From: an uncultured Enterobacteriaceae bacterium | Lineage (GTDB): Bacteria > Pseudomonadota > Gammaproteobacteria > Eutrophobiales > Eutrophobiaceae | Direction: 5' to 3' | NCBI GenBank assembly: GCA_964479045.1 | Contig: CAYZJI010000002.1 | Location: 51,660-115,659, forward strand | Length of the DNA: 64,000 bases | Part shown: positions 46,012 to 55,808 of the stretch, one piece after another | Layout: every line of letters starts with the position of its first letter | Position numbering within the stretch: position 1 is the first letter of the stretch | Position numbers and translations under genes: made by a program | The notes under the pieces: model-generated | What the model was told of the DNA's origin: nothing | Seen by the model: the letters and a program-made list of their open reading frames with translations, nothing else | Database searches by the model: none

Positions 46012-47109
46012 ATGACACCCTGGGAACGTTATCAGGCTGAATTAAAGCGCGAGGACTTCAGTCCTGATCCGGCACAGGCCGCGGCTGTACAACATACACA
46101 GTCTCTTTACGAGGCACTATGCGCGAGTGCCGCGAAAAAGGATGGATTGATCACCCTCATCAAAAAGTCGCTGGGCAAAAACAACACTACTTTGCCACGG
46201 GGCCTCTATTTATGGGGCGGCGTTGGCCGCGGCAAGACCTGGGTTGTGGATTCGTTTTATGCGTGCCTGCCCTTTGCGGAGAAAAAGCGTCTGCACTTTC
46301 ACCGTTTCATGCAGATGGTGCACCAGGAATTGCGGCAATTAAAGGAACAGGAAAATCCATTATTACTGATTGCTGACAAGATTGCCGGCGATACCCGGGT
46401 GTTATGTTTTGATGAGTTTCATGTCTCGGACATCACTGATGCCATGCTGTTGGGCGGACTGCTCAAGGCCCTTTTTGAAAGGGGCGTGGTCCTGGTGGCC
46501 ACCTCAAATGAAGCGCCGGATGATCTTTACCGTGGCGGTTTGCAGCGCGAGCGGTTTCTGCCGGCCATAGCCCTGATTAACCAGTACACACACGTAGTTA
46601 ATGTGGATTCCGGTATCGATTACCGGCTTCGCTTTCTCGATCAGGCGGAGATTTATCACTGTCCGCTGGATGCGCAGGCAGAAAAAATGCTCAACAACAA
46701 TTTCATGCATATCGCAGCGGATGCCGGGTGCAACGGCGTGATGCTTGAAATCGAAGGGCGTTGCATCCCGACAATACGCAGTGCCGTGGGTGTGGTCTGG
46801 TTTGAATTTAATGCCATTTGCGATGGACCTCGTGGCCCGGCAGACTACATTGAGATCGCCCGCCAGTACCAGACGGTGCTGATTGGTAATGTGCCGGTGC
46901 TGGATGAAAACATGAATGATCAGGCCAAACGGTTTATGACACTGGTGGATGAGTTTTATGATCGCAACGTGAACCTGATTATCACCGCCGATGCAGAACC
47001 TCATCAGCTATACACCGGCAAGCGCCTCGCCAAATCCTTCCAACGCACGATCAGCCGCTTGCAGGAAATGCGCACCCACGATTACCTCGCGAAGCAGCAT
47101 TTGTCGTGA
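46012..47109 (+). CDS. zapE: Cell division protein ZapE (AFG1-like ATPase)
   Basis: Walker A GGVGRGKTWVVDSFY. AFG1/YhcM family. Start moved to the ATG at 46012 (MTPWERYQ); the track start at 45988 is a TTG. Confidence 0.75.
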   Translation: MTPWERYQAELKREDFSPDPAQAAAVQHTQSLYEALCASAAKKDGLITLIKKSLGKNNTTLPRGLYLWGGVGRGKTWVVDSFYACLPFAEKKRLHFHRFMQMVHQELRQLKEQENPLLLIADKIAGDTRVLCFDEFHVSDITDAMLLGGLLKALFERGVVLVATSNEAPDDLYRGGLQRERFLPAIALINQYTHVVNVDSGIDYRLRFLDQAEIYHCPLDAQAEKMLNNNFMHIAADAGCNGVMLEIEGRCIPTIRSAVGVVWFEFNAICDGPRGPADYIEIARQYQTVLIGNVPVLDENMNDQAKRFMTLVDEFYDRNVNLIITADAEPHQLYTGKRLAKSFQRTISRLQEMRTHDYLAKQHLS

Positions 47110-47214
47110 CTCGGGACTCGTTGCTGGGTACTCGTTAAAATTCAGGAGCACTCTGTCAAAAACCTCGAGCTTATTTTTATAATTATATATTATACAAATA
47201 GTTATAATAATATC

Positions 47215-47243
47215 TTGACTATTAAAGTTAAATATCCTATATA
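47215..47243 (+). promoter_or_regulatory. Near-consensus sigma-70 promoter TTGACT-17 nt-TATATA
   Basis: Read directly: TTGACT at 47215-47220, a 17-nt spacer, TATATA at 47238-47243. Lies in an AT-rich intergenic region after zapE. Confidence 0.5.
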
Positions 47244-47249
47244 AGTAAT

Positions 47250-47323
47250 TGATGATAGTTTACTGAATGAGCTCTGACTCTTTAGTAACGGATCGTTGCC
47301 TTAATCAACGGTCCGTTTTTTTT
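47250..47323 (+). ncRNA. Candidate small RNA (about 75 nt) bounded by a sigma-70 promoter and an intrinsic terminator
   Basis: Promoter as above. Terminator hairpin AACGGATCGTTG-ccttaat-CAACGGTCCGTT (47288-47318, one mismatch) followed by T8 (47316-47323). No ORF spans the interval. Confidence 0.35.
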
Positions 47324-47346
47324 CCCTGGTGTCTGGAGGTAATTTT

Positions 47347-47559
47347 GTGAGTGCAGTGATCAGTACCGATATGAACCCGGCGCAGGAACGGGAAATTGCG
47401 TCCCTGCTTGAGTTTCTCTACGGTGACAAAATGGTGTATCTGCCATTGGGGCAGCCGGAGCAGTTATTGTCTCTCGCCACGTGTCTCGGTTTTATAGATG
47501 CCGATGGCTACCTCACCCGCAAAGGCCGCACGCTGATGGCCCGGCACTATCTGGACTGA
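47347..47559 (+). CDS. Small hypothetical protein (about 70 aa)
   Basis: A GGAGG lies 7 nt upstream of the GTG at 47347. A hairpin plus T-rich stretch follows the stop (47571-47605). No recognisable domain. Confidence 0.3.
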   Translation: MSAVISTDMNPAQEREIASLLEFLYGDKMVYLPLGQPEQLLSLATCLGFIDADGYLTRKGRTLMARHYLD

Positions 47560-47714
47560 TTTAATCCTTCCCGCAGCAGCCTTGTCGGCTGCAGATTTTC
47601 ATTCCTGCTTTCCTGTCGCGCAGCGGGCGCGCTGCGGCTATTCTTACCTGTAGGGGCATCTATCCATTGATGCCCTGACCATCACCGGAATAACGAGAAG
47701 AATAAGGGGGGAAG

Positions 47715-49772
47715 ATGGCCGCCTATTCAACTGAAGACATCCGCAATATTGCCCTGACCGGCCATGGCGGTGCGGGCAAAACCACGCTGGTGGAAGCGCT
47801 CCTGCAAGAGGCCGGTGTTATCAATGCACGCGGCAGTGTGGAAAAAGGCACTACAACCTGTGATTTCGACCCACTGGAAAAAAGCTACCAGCATTCCCTT
47901 GAGGCCGCGATCGTCAGCATGGATTACCACGGCGGTCATGTGAACCTGATCGATACCCCGGGATACCCGGATTTCTCCGGCCGGGCACTGGCCGTATTAC
48001 CGGCGGTGGAAACCTGTGCCGTGGTTATCAATGCCCAAAATGGTATTGAGTTGATGACCCAACGCATGATGCAGGCGGCCCATGAGTTCGGCCTGGATCG
48101 CTTGATTATCATTAATAAAATTGATCAGGCTGGTACGAATCTTGAAAAGATACTGAATCAGATAAGAGATTTATTTGGTAGTGAATGCTTACCAATAAAT
48201 CTCCCTGCCGAGAACGGAAAACGGGTGGTGGACTGTTTTTTTCAACCGGCGGCCAGCGGGGCAAAAACGGATTTCTCCTCGGTGGCCGAGGCCCACACTC
48301 ATATTATTGATCAAGTCATCGAACTGGATGACGCCCTGATGCAGGTGTATCTGGAACAGGGTGAGGAAGTCACGCCGGAACAATTGCATGCCCCGTTCGA
48401 ACAGGCCCTGCGTGAAGGCCATCTGATTCCCGTGTGCTTTGTCTCGGCTGAAACGGGGGCCGGCGTGCCGGAACTGCTGGATATTTTTGCCCGGCTCATG
48501 CCCACGCCTCTGGAAGGCAATCCACCCCAATTTCACAAAGGGACCGGAGCCGAGGCCAAACCTTTCGCGGTGAGCCCGGATCCCGGCAAACATGCACTCG
48601 CGCATGTGTTCAAGGTCAGCATCGATCCCTATGCCGGACGGCTCGGAGTATTCCGTATTCATCAGGGCCGGTTGAAACGTGATACCCAGCTCTTTATCAA
48701 TGACGGGCGTAAACCCTTCAAAGTGAGCCACCTGCTGAAACTCCAGGGCAAGCAACATCAGGAGATCACGGAAGGGATTCCCGGAGATATTTGTGCCGTA
48801 GCCAAGGTGGATGACATTCATTTTGATGCTGTCCTGCATGACTCTCATGATGAAGATCATATCCACCTGCGTTCCATCAATTTTCCTCCGCCGATGCACG
48901 GGCTGGCGATTGAAGTCAAAAGCCGTGGCGATGAGCAGAAGATATCGGATGCCCTGCATAAACTGGAGGCCGAGGACCCCAGTATGCGGGTCGAACACCA
49001 TGCCAGCCTGAATGAGACTGTCATCCGGGGCCTAGGTGATTTGCATCTACGCGTGATGCTGGAGAAATTGAAAACTGCTTACAATGTCGAAGTTAACACA
49101 CATCCACCCCGCATTGCCTATCGCGAAACCATTACCATCCCTGCAGAGGGACATCACCGCCATAAAAAACAGACCGGTGGTGCCGGCCAGTTTGGAGAAG
49201 TGTACCTGCGCATCGAGCCCCTGCCGCGCGGCACCGGATTTGAGTTTGTCGATGATGTCGTAGGCGGTGTAATTCCGCGGCAATTCATTCCGGCCGTCGA
49301 GAAAGGTGTACGGCAGGTACTGGAACAGGGCGTGATTGCCGGTTATCCGGTGCATGATGTGCGTGTGAGTCTCTACGATGGCAAGTACCACACGGTCGAC
49401 TCCAAGGAAATTGCGTTTGTCACGGCCGGCAAGAAAGCGTTTATTGAGGCGGTGAACAAGGCACAGCCAGTGGTGCTGGAGCCGATCGTGATGATCAACA
49501 TTACCGCACCGGCTTCGAGTCTGGGTGATATTACAGGTGATCTTTCGGTGAAGCGGGGCCGCATCAACCAGACCAGCAGCCTCTCAGGTGGCATGATGAA
49601 TATCCAGGGGCTGGTGCCTTTAAGCGAAATCAGCAGTTACCAGTCCCAGTTAAAATCCATCACCGGCGGGACAGGTTCATATACCATCGAATTCAGCCAT
49701 TATGATCCGGTGCCGGCCCGGCGCCAGCAGGAGCTCATGAAGGAGTTCAAACCCAGGGCCGACGAAGATTGA
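47715..49772 (+). CDS. Elongation factor G paralog (EF-G2-type translational GTPase)
   Basis: G-domain motifs AHGGAGKTT and DTPG. EF-G domains II-V. 685 aa. Strong GGGGGGAAG Shine-Dalgarno. Confidence 0.8.
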   Translation: MAAYSTEDIRNIALTGHGGAGKTTLVEALLQEAGVINARGSVEKGTTTCDFDPLEKSYQHSLEAAIVSMDYHGGHVNLIDTPGYPDFSGRALAVLPAVETCAVVINAQNGIELMTQRMMQAAHEFGLDRLIIINKIDQAGTNLEKILNQIRDLFGSECLPINLPAENGKRVVDCFFQPAASGAKTDFSSVAEAHTHIIDQVIELDDALMQVYLEQGEEVTPEQLHAPFEQALREGHLIPVCFVSAETGAGVPELLDIFARLMPTPLEGNPPQFHKGTGAEAKPFAVSPDPGKHALAHVFKVSIDPYAGRLGVFRIHQGRLKRDTQLFINDGRKPFKVSHLLKLQGKQHQEITEGIPGDICAVAKVDDIHFDAVLHDSHDEDHIHLRSINFPPPMHGLAIEVKSRGDEQKISDALHKLEAEDPSMRVEHHASLNETVIRGLGDLHLRVMLEKLKTAYNVEVNTHPPRIAYRETITIPAEGHHRHKKQTGGAGQFGEVYLRIEPLPRGTGFEFVDDVVGGVIPRQFIPAVEKGVRQVLEQGVIAGYPVHDVRVSLYDGKYHTVDSKEIAFVTAGKKAFIEAVNKAQPVVLEPIVMINITAPASSLGDITGDLSVKRGRINQTSSLSGGMMNIQGLVPLSEISSYQSQLKSITGGTGSYTIEFSHYDPVPARRQQELMKEFKPRADED

Positions 49773-49911
49773 AGTAATAACAATCTGGAATATCTATAGT
49801 ATAATCAAGCCCTTTTACGCATAAGCAGGGATTGTTATGCTTTTACAGTCAGTTATGCTTACTAAACCAGACCAGCTTGAATCTGGCACAGACTCCGGGC
49901 AACAGTAATTC

Positions 49912-51606
49912 ATGTATCGCTACGATAATTACGACCAGACTATTGTCAACGAACGGGTGGCGCAATTCCGCGACCAGACCCGCCGCTTTCTGGCGGGTGA
50001 ACTGAGCGAAGACGAATTCCGCCCGCTGCGGTTGATGAACGGGCTCTATATCCAGCGTTATGCACCTATGCTGCGTGTGGCCGTTCCCTACGGCCTGCTC
50101 TCAACGAAACAGATGCGCATGCTGGCGCATATCGCCCGTACCTATGACAAGGGCTACGGACATTTCAGTACGCGCCAGAACATCCAGTACAACTGGCCGA
50201 AACTGGAAACCGTACCCGATATTCTTGCCGATCTGGCGAGCGTACAGATGCATGCAATCCAGACCAGCGGTAACTGCATCCGTAATATCACATCGGATCA
50301 TTTTGCCGGCATCGCGGCGGATGAAATTGAAGATCCGCGTCCGTATTGTGAAATCCTGCGCCAGTGGTCCACCTTCCATCCGGAGTTTTCCTATCTGCCG
50401 CGTAAATTCAAATTTGCCGTGATCGGTGCTGAGCATGACCGCGCGGCGGTGCAGGTGCATGACATCGGTTTGTATCTGGTGAAGAACGAACGCGGCGAGA
50501 TTGGTTTCAGGGTGCTGGTTGGTGGTGGTCAGGGCCGCACACCTTACGTGGGCGCGTTTATTCGTGAGTTTCTGGAGAAGAAATATCTGCTGTCCTACAT
50601 GGAAGCAATCCTGCGCGTATATAATCGTTACGGCCGCCGCGACAACAAGTTCAAGGCGCGTATCAAGATCCTGGTCTATGCCGTAGGCCCGGAAAAGTTC
50701 GCCCGCATGGTGGAAGAAGAGTGGGAGCAGATCAAGGACGACCCGAGACTGATCCTCGGTCAAAAGGAAATTGACCGTGTGAAAGCCTGTTTTAGTCCGC
50801 CTGCCTATATGCAGGGCGCAGAGCGTGATATCACGTTTAACGAAAAACTGGCGGCTGACAAAAACTTCAAAATCTGGGTGGGCCGCAATGTCAAACCGCA
50901 TAAAGTGCCGGGTTATCGTGCGGTCATCGTGTCCTTGAAGACACCCACGGTTGCACCAGGTGATGCCACCGACAAACAGATGGATTTCGTTGCTGATCTT
51001 GCAGATCAATACAGCCACAGTGAGATTGTCGTGACGCATGATCAGAACCTCGTTCTGCCGCATGTGCAGCAGGCGGATCTGTATGCACTGTGGCAGGCAT
51101 TGAAATCATTCGACCTCGCCACACCAAATATCGGTTTGCTGACGGACATGATTTGCTGCCCGGGCCTGGATTTCTGTTCACTTGCCAACGCCAGTTCCAT
51201 TTCCATCTCACGGCAGATTAACGAGAAATTCAACGATCTGGATTATCTGCATGATCTGGGCGAGATCAAGATCAAAATGTCCGGTTGCATGAATGCCTGC
51301 GGCCATCATCACGTCGGCCATATCGGCATTCTGGGGGTGGACAAGAAAGGCGTGGAGTTTTACCAGCTCACTCTGGGAGGTTCTGCGGAAAATCTTACTA
51401 CACTGGGTGATCGGCTTGGTCCGGCCATTGAAAAAGACAAGGTGGCAGACACCATCGGCAAAATACTTGATGTGTATCTGGAGCAACGCAAGGAAGGCGA
51501 AATTTTCCTCGATACCTATCGCCGCATTGGTATGGAACTGTTCAAACAACGCGTATATGGTTCCACTGAATCAGAAGAAAGGATGAAAGCCGTTGCGAGT
51601 TATTAA
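49912..51606 (+). CDS. cysI: Sulfite reductase hemoprotein (siroheme/[4Fe-4S], NirA/CysI family)
   Basis: Siroheme-Fe4S4 cysteine cluster CPGLDFCSLANAS...MSGCMNACGHHHVGHIG. 564 aa. Confidence 0.75.
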   Translation: MYRYDNYDQTIVNERVAQFRDQTRRFLAGELSEDEFRPLRLMNGLYIQRYAPMLRVAVPYGLLSTKQMRMLAHIARTYDKGYGHFSTRQNIQYNWPKLETVPDILADLASVQMHAIQTSGNCIRNITSDHFAGIAADEIEDPRPYCEILRQWSTFHPEFSYLPRKFKFAVIGAEHDRAAVQVHDIGLYLVKNERGEIGFRVLVGGGQGRTPYVGAFIREFLEKKYLLSYMEAILRVYNRYGRRDNKFKARIKILVYAVGPEKFARMVEEEWEQIKDDPRLILGQKEIDRVKACFSPPAYMQGAERDITFNEKLAADKNFKIWVGRNVKPHKVPGYRAVIVSLKTPTVAPGDATDKQMDFVADLADQYSHSEIVVTHDQNLVLPHVQQADLYALWQALKSFDLATPNIGLLTDMICCPGLDFCSLANASSISISRQINEKFNDLDYLHDLGEIKIKMSGCMNACGHHHVGHIGILGVDKKGVEFYQLTLGGSAENLTTLGDRLGPAIEKDKVADTIGKILDVYLEQRKEGEIFLDTYRRIGMELFKQRVYGSTESEERMKAVASY

Positions 51607-52087
51607 GGACAGGAAAATTATTGAGGACAACTGGCTGTGCCTCAAGGAACTGCCGGCTGAACAGCCATTACCGGAAGGCAAGGTGATCCTGCCCTATGCT
51701 TACTGGCAGGCGAACCGTGAACGGTTGATCGCTGTGAGCAAAAAATATGCGGTTTGCATTAATGGTGATCATGAAACAGATGAAGTGGCGAAAGACCTCG
51801 CCCATTTTGAATTGATTGCCCTGGAATTCCCGGCATTTACGGATGGCCGCTCGTATTCCCATGCGCGGTTGTTACGTGAACGTTATCACTATACAGGTGA
51901 ATTACGTGCGGTTGGTGATGTGTTACGCGATCAGCTGTTTTTCATGTATCGCTGTGGCATCGATTCCTATGAAGTACGTGCAGACAAGAATATTGAAGAT
52001 GCCCTGAAGGCGTTTGATGAATTTACAGTGAAGTACCAGACGGCCGCTGATCAGGCTACGCCCATTTATAAAACCCGGCATGCGTGA
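51593..52087 (+). CDS. DUF934-family protein, cysI-associated
   Basis: 164 aa overlapping the cysI stop. DUF934 genes conventionally follow cysI in Pseudomonas-like genomes. Confidence 0.55.
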   Translation: MRVIKDRKIIEDNWLCLKELPAEQPLPEGKVILPYAYWQANRERLIAVSKKYAVCINGDHETDEVAKDLAHFELIALEFPAFTDGRSYSHARLLRERYHYTGELRAVGDVLRDQLFFMYRCGIDSYEVRADKNIEDALKAFDEFTVKYQTAADQATPIYKTRHA

Positions 52088-52215
52088 AGCGTGAAGTGTA
52101 GATCGTGGCTCGGTGCTCGGGACTCGAATTAGAGGGTTAGAGCAACTTTTCTGGTTTCCTCTATTCTCTCCATCTTCACGAGCCACAAGCCACGAGTACC
52201 AAGCCACGCTTCAAA
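52083..52215. repeat. Long imperfect inverted repeat built from GTGAAGC and (C)GAGCCAC units, between convergent genes
   Basis: Left arm GCGTGAAGCGTGAAGTGTAGATCGTGGCTCGGTGCTCGG. Right arm CACGAGCCACAAGCCACGAGTACCAAGCCACGCTTCAAAC is its approximate reverse complement. Shares GTGAAGC with the slp leader and CTCGGGACTCG with position 47109. Confidence 0.6.
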
Positions 52216-53662
52216 CCGTAATCACCGTCACGGTCGGGGTGTTCAGTTCCGGTTTACTGTGAAAGCCCCGCACCATTAATACCAGTTCTCCCGGGCCCGC
52301 CAGTTGCAGTTCGCGAGCCACTTGCCGTGCCAGGTCATTCGGATTTATTTGCTCAGCCTCCTCCATCAGTACCGGAATGATGCTCCAGTAGAGTGCCATA
52401 CGCCGGCAGATATGCGGCCGGCCGGTAATCGCGATTACCGGTGCCGCGGGGCGTGCGGAACTCATGGTTGCTGCAGACATGCCGCTTTGTGAAATCACCA
52501 GTACTGCCCGTACCATCAGATCGCGCGTGAGTACGGCGGTCGTGTCCGATATCGCATCCCAGATGCTGATGGGTGCCGCCGGCTTGCTGCTCATCGGATT
52601 TCCATACGTACCGGTTTTCCAGAGATAGGATTCCGTCTGGCGTGCAATACGATCCATCATCTGTACGGCTTCCAGCGGGAAAGCACCGGCTGCCGTCTCT
52701 GCAGATAACATGACGGCATCAGCGCCCAGTGTGACGGCATAGGAAATATCAGTGACCTCGGCACGGGTGGGGCGCGCGTTTTCGATCATGGATTCCAGCA
52801 TCTGTGTGGCGACGATTACCGGTTTGAATTTGCTTTTGGCCAGATCAATCAACTGACTTTGTGCGACCGGGACTTCTTCCGGATTCAGTTCCACACCCAG
52901 ATCGCCACGGGCCACCATGATGCCATCGGCAATGTCCAGAATTTCAGATGCATTCTGCAGAGCTTCCGGTTTTTCAATCTTGGCAATAATGGCCACGTCC
53001 TTGCCTGATTCCTGTATCTGTTTTTTCAGTGCCTTGATGTCTGTTGCGGAACGCACAAAAGAAAGAGCAATAAAGTCCACACCAAGCCCCAGCACAAATT
53101 CTGCATCAATGTGATCTTTTTCTGTCATTGAAGGTGCAGAAACATTGACGCCAGGCAGGTTGATACCTTTGTGGTTTTTAAGGGTGCCACCATGGACAAC
53201 AGTACAATTGATTTCCGTACCTTTGATACCGGTTACCCTCAGCTCAAGGGCGCCATCATTTAAAAGGATGCGGTTGCCCGGCTCTACGTCATCGGCAAGT
53301 GCGTGATATTGTGACGGAATCAGGCCCGGTTCACCCATGACATCACGCGTGGTAACGGTGACGGTGCTATTGTCTTCAAGTTCGATCGCGCCATCCCGGA
53401 ATTTGCCTGCGCGGATCTTGGGACCGCACAAGTCCGCAAGTATGGCCACCGGAAGTTTGAGTTCATCGGCTATGGTGCGTATATGCTTGTATGTAGTCCG
53501 GTGCGATTCATGCTCGCCATGCGACATGTTCAGGCGGAATACGTTGACACCGGCCTGCAGCAGTTTTTTGATCATCGCCGGCTGGTTGGAAGAGGGGCCC
53601 AACGTCGCAACAATCTTGGTGCGGCGCCGTTTCAACAGATGTACTTTGGTGTTAATCCCCAT
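52211..53662 (-). CDS. pyk: Pyruvate kinase
   Basis: RRRTKIVATLGPSS N-terminus. Full-length similarity pattern to PykA (MSHGEHESH, KIEKPEAL, MVARGDLGVE). GGGGAG Shine-Dalgarno. Confidence 0.9.
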   Translation of the reverse strand: MGINTKVHLLKRRRTKIVATLGPSSNQPAMIKKLLQAGVNVFRLNMSHGEHESHRTTYKHIRTIADELKLPVAILADLCGPKIRAGKFRDGAIELEDNSTVTVTTRDVMGEPGLIPSQYHALADDVEPGNRILLNDGALELRVTGIKGTEINCTVVHGGTLKNHKGINLPGVNVSAPSMTEKDHIDAEFVLGLGVDFIALSFVRSATDIKALKKQIQESGKDVAIIAKIEKPEALQNASEILDIADGIMVARGDLGVELNPEEVPVAQSQLIDLAKSKFKPVIVATQMLESMIENARPTRAEVTDISYAVTLGADAVMLSAETAAGAFPLEAVQMMDRIARQTESYLWKTGTYGNPMSSKPAAPISIWDAISDTTAVLTRDLMVRAVLVISQSGMSAATMSSARPAAPVIAITGRPHICRRMALYWSIIPVLMEEAEQINPNDLARQVARELQLAGPGELVLMVRGFHSKPELNTPTVTVITV

Positions 53663-53731
53663 AATAATTCTCCCCGGACACGACCAGCAAAAAGTGTATT
53701 TTAAGAAGATGTAACGGGATAATATTCCGCC

Positions 53732-55045
53732 ATGAACCAGTTTCAGTTACTGACGACCCGGCGTTTTTATCCGCTGTTTATTACCCAGTTTCTGGGTGCA
53801 TTTAATGATAACATTTACAAGAATGCGCTGGTTATTTTTATCGCCTTTACCCTCGCAGAACAGGCCGATCGGAACAGCAGTATACTGATCGTTACCGCTG
53901 CCGGATTGTTCATACTGCCCTTTTTTCTCTTTTCCGCGCTGGCCGGACAACTCGCTGACAAGTATGAGAAATCCTTGCTCATCCGCTGGATTAAAATTGC
54001 GGAAATCATCATCATGCTGTTCGCCGCTCTGGGATTTTATTTTCTGAATGTTCCGTTTTTATTGCTGGTACTGTTCTGCATGGGTGCGCATTCGGCGTTA
54101 TTTGGCCCGTTGAAGTACGGAATTCTGCCGCAGCATCTGGAAGTGAATGAGTTGACCGGTGGCAATGGCATGATCCAGATGGGGACTTATCTTGCCATAC
54201 TCGGCGGAACAGTGCTGGGTGGTGTATTGATGGCGATCAAACCGGAAGGACGTTATCTGGTTTCAGCCTTGGTACTTGCTGTCGCTGTTCTGGGATGGTA
54301 CTTCAGTCGTTTTATCCCGGCCACTACGGCAGCAGATCCGCATTTGAGGATAAATTGGAACATCCCTGCCGAGATACTCAATATATTGAGAACGACATTG
54401 TCCGACCGGACATTACTCTGGAGCACAATTGCGATTTCCTGGTTCTGGTTTTATGGAGCAACCTTTCTCTCGCTGATCCCGTCATACACACGCGACGTGT
54501 TGTCCGGGGATGAGTATATGACGACCCTGCTGCTCACGGCATTTTCAATCGGGATAGGAGCCGGTTCATTGATGTGCGAGCGTCTGTCAGGACAGCGAAT
54601 AGAACCAGGACTGGTTCCGGTGGGCGCGGCCGGACTCTGCCTGTTTGCAATTGATCTTTTTATTATTGGCCAGCCGCAGGTAGTGCAGTCCGGTAACGTG
54701 CCCATATCAGACTTTTTGCAAAATCAGGGCTGGCGTGTGCTGGCGGATTTCACCGGTCTGGGGTTGTCCGGCGGATTGTATATTGTGCCTCTGTATGCGC
54801 TGATACAACGCCATGCAGCTCATAGTCATCGTGGACGCGTGATTGCGGCGAATAATATTCTTAATGCGATGTTCATGGTGTTGTCTGCGATGGCGACTAT
54901 TATTTTGTTTGCCCTTCATGTGCGCATTCCTGTGATGTTTCTGCTGATTGCTGTCACACATATCTTTATTATTTTACTGATAGGAATCTGTCTGCCTGTC
55001 TTCTTCAGGCGACTGTTTGTTTTGTGTGGCTTGTGCCGTGAATGA
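53732..55045 (+). CDS. MFS transporter, LplT (lysophospholipid transporter)-like
   Basis: 12-TM MFS. The N-terminus FITQFLGAFNDNIYKNALVIFIAF resembles the LplT signature (QFLSAFGDNALLFA). Confidence 0.6.
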   Translation: MNQFQLLTTRRFYPLFITQFLGAFNDNIYKNALVIFIAFTLAEQADRNSSILIVTAAGLFILPFFLFSALAGQLADKYEKSLLIRWIKIAEIIIMLFAALGFYFLNVPFLLLVLFCMGAHSALFGPLKYGILPQHLEVNELTGGNGMIQMGTYLAILGGTVLGGVLMAIKPEGRYLVSALVLAVAVLGWYFSRFIPATTAADPHLRINWNIPAEILNILRTTLSDRTLLWSTIAISWFWFYGATFLSLIPSYTRDVLSGDEYMTTLLLTAFSIGIGAGSLMCERLSGQRIEPGLVPVGAAGLCLFAIDLFIIGQPQVVQSGNVPISDFLQNQGWRVLADFTGLGLSGGLYIVPLYALIQRHAAHSHRGRVIAANNILNAMFMVLSAMATIILFALHVRIPVMFLLIAVTHIFIILLIGICLPVFFRRLFVLCGLCRE

Positions 55046-55138
55046 AAACACGTGATTAATTCAGGATGTATCGTTGCAAGATCTTAATTTTGAACACGCA
55101 TAAACCTCAGGTATGGTGAGTGTTGTCATATCAGGCAC

Positions 55139-55806
55139 GTGCCTGCCATCGACGCTGATGGAGTGAGCAGGTCTGCCATGGCGGGCATTTGTATGCGCCC
55201 GTATCTTCATAATAACAAGAAATGCTGGCCAGTTAACGAGACCAGATCCCCTGTCTTGCCACAGGAGCATGATGACCTGCTGATGAAAATCAGGCGGGCC
55301 TTGCTTGTCTTGAGTGAATGCAGTCAGTCCATGATACGGATTCATGATGAACTGGATCTCTTGCAATCCATTTGCGCCCATATTGCCGCCGACGGCCGTT
55401 ATTCAATGGCCTAGGCCGATGAACCTGCCGGTCATCATTGCGCGGGCAAGGCTATGAGGCTGTCATCAGTGATCTGGCCAGCGCGATACGCTTCATGTAT
55501 GAAGTGAAAGGATTTGGTTGCAGTTTTGCGCTGGATGACTTTGGCAGCGGCCTGCCTTCACTCAATTATCTCAAGAACCTGCCGGTGGACTATCTGAAAA
55601 TCGACGGTGCATTTGTGCGGGACATTGTTCATGACCGGATCGATTTCACGCTAGTGAAGTCCATCAGTGAAATCGGGCAGGTGATGGGTAAACTGACTAT
55701 CGCAGAATTTGTGGAAAATCAGGATACGCTGAACAGCCTGATCCGTATCGGCATCAATTTCGGCCAGGGCTATCATATTGGCAAACCAGTGCCGATACGT
55801 ATCTGA
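55139..55806 (+). pseudogene. Decayed EAL-domain gene remnant (N-terminal stub + C-terminal third of an EAL domain, central ~100 aa deleted)
   Basis: The ORF at 55438-55806 encodes ...GCSFALDDFGSGLPSLNYLKNLPVDYLKIDGAFVRD...IAEFVENQ...GINFGQGYHIGKP, which is about 65% identical to the last 95 aa of the convergent 1273-aa protein. The upstream ORF ends ...MIRIHDELDLLQ, matching the start of that protein's EAL domain (AVRIHEALDEKQ). The EAL/ExxE catalytic core is missing. Confidence 0.6.
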
Positions 55807-55808
55807 TA

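Noticed and set aside
55061-55381. 106-aa minus-strand ORF overlapping the EAL remnant
   Set aside because: It is antisense to the region that retains recognisable EAL-start homology on the plus strand and has no features of its own. It is likely spurious.
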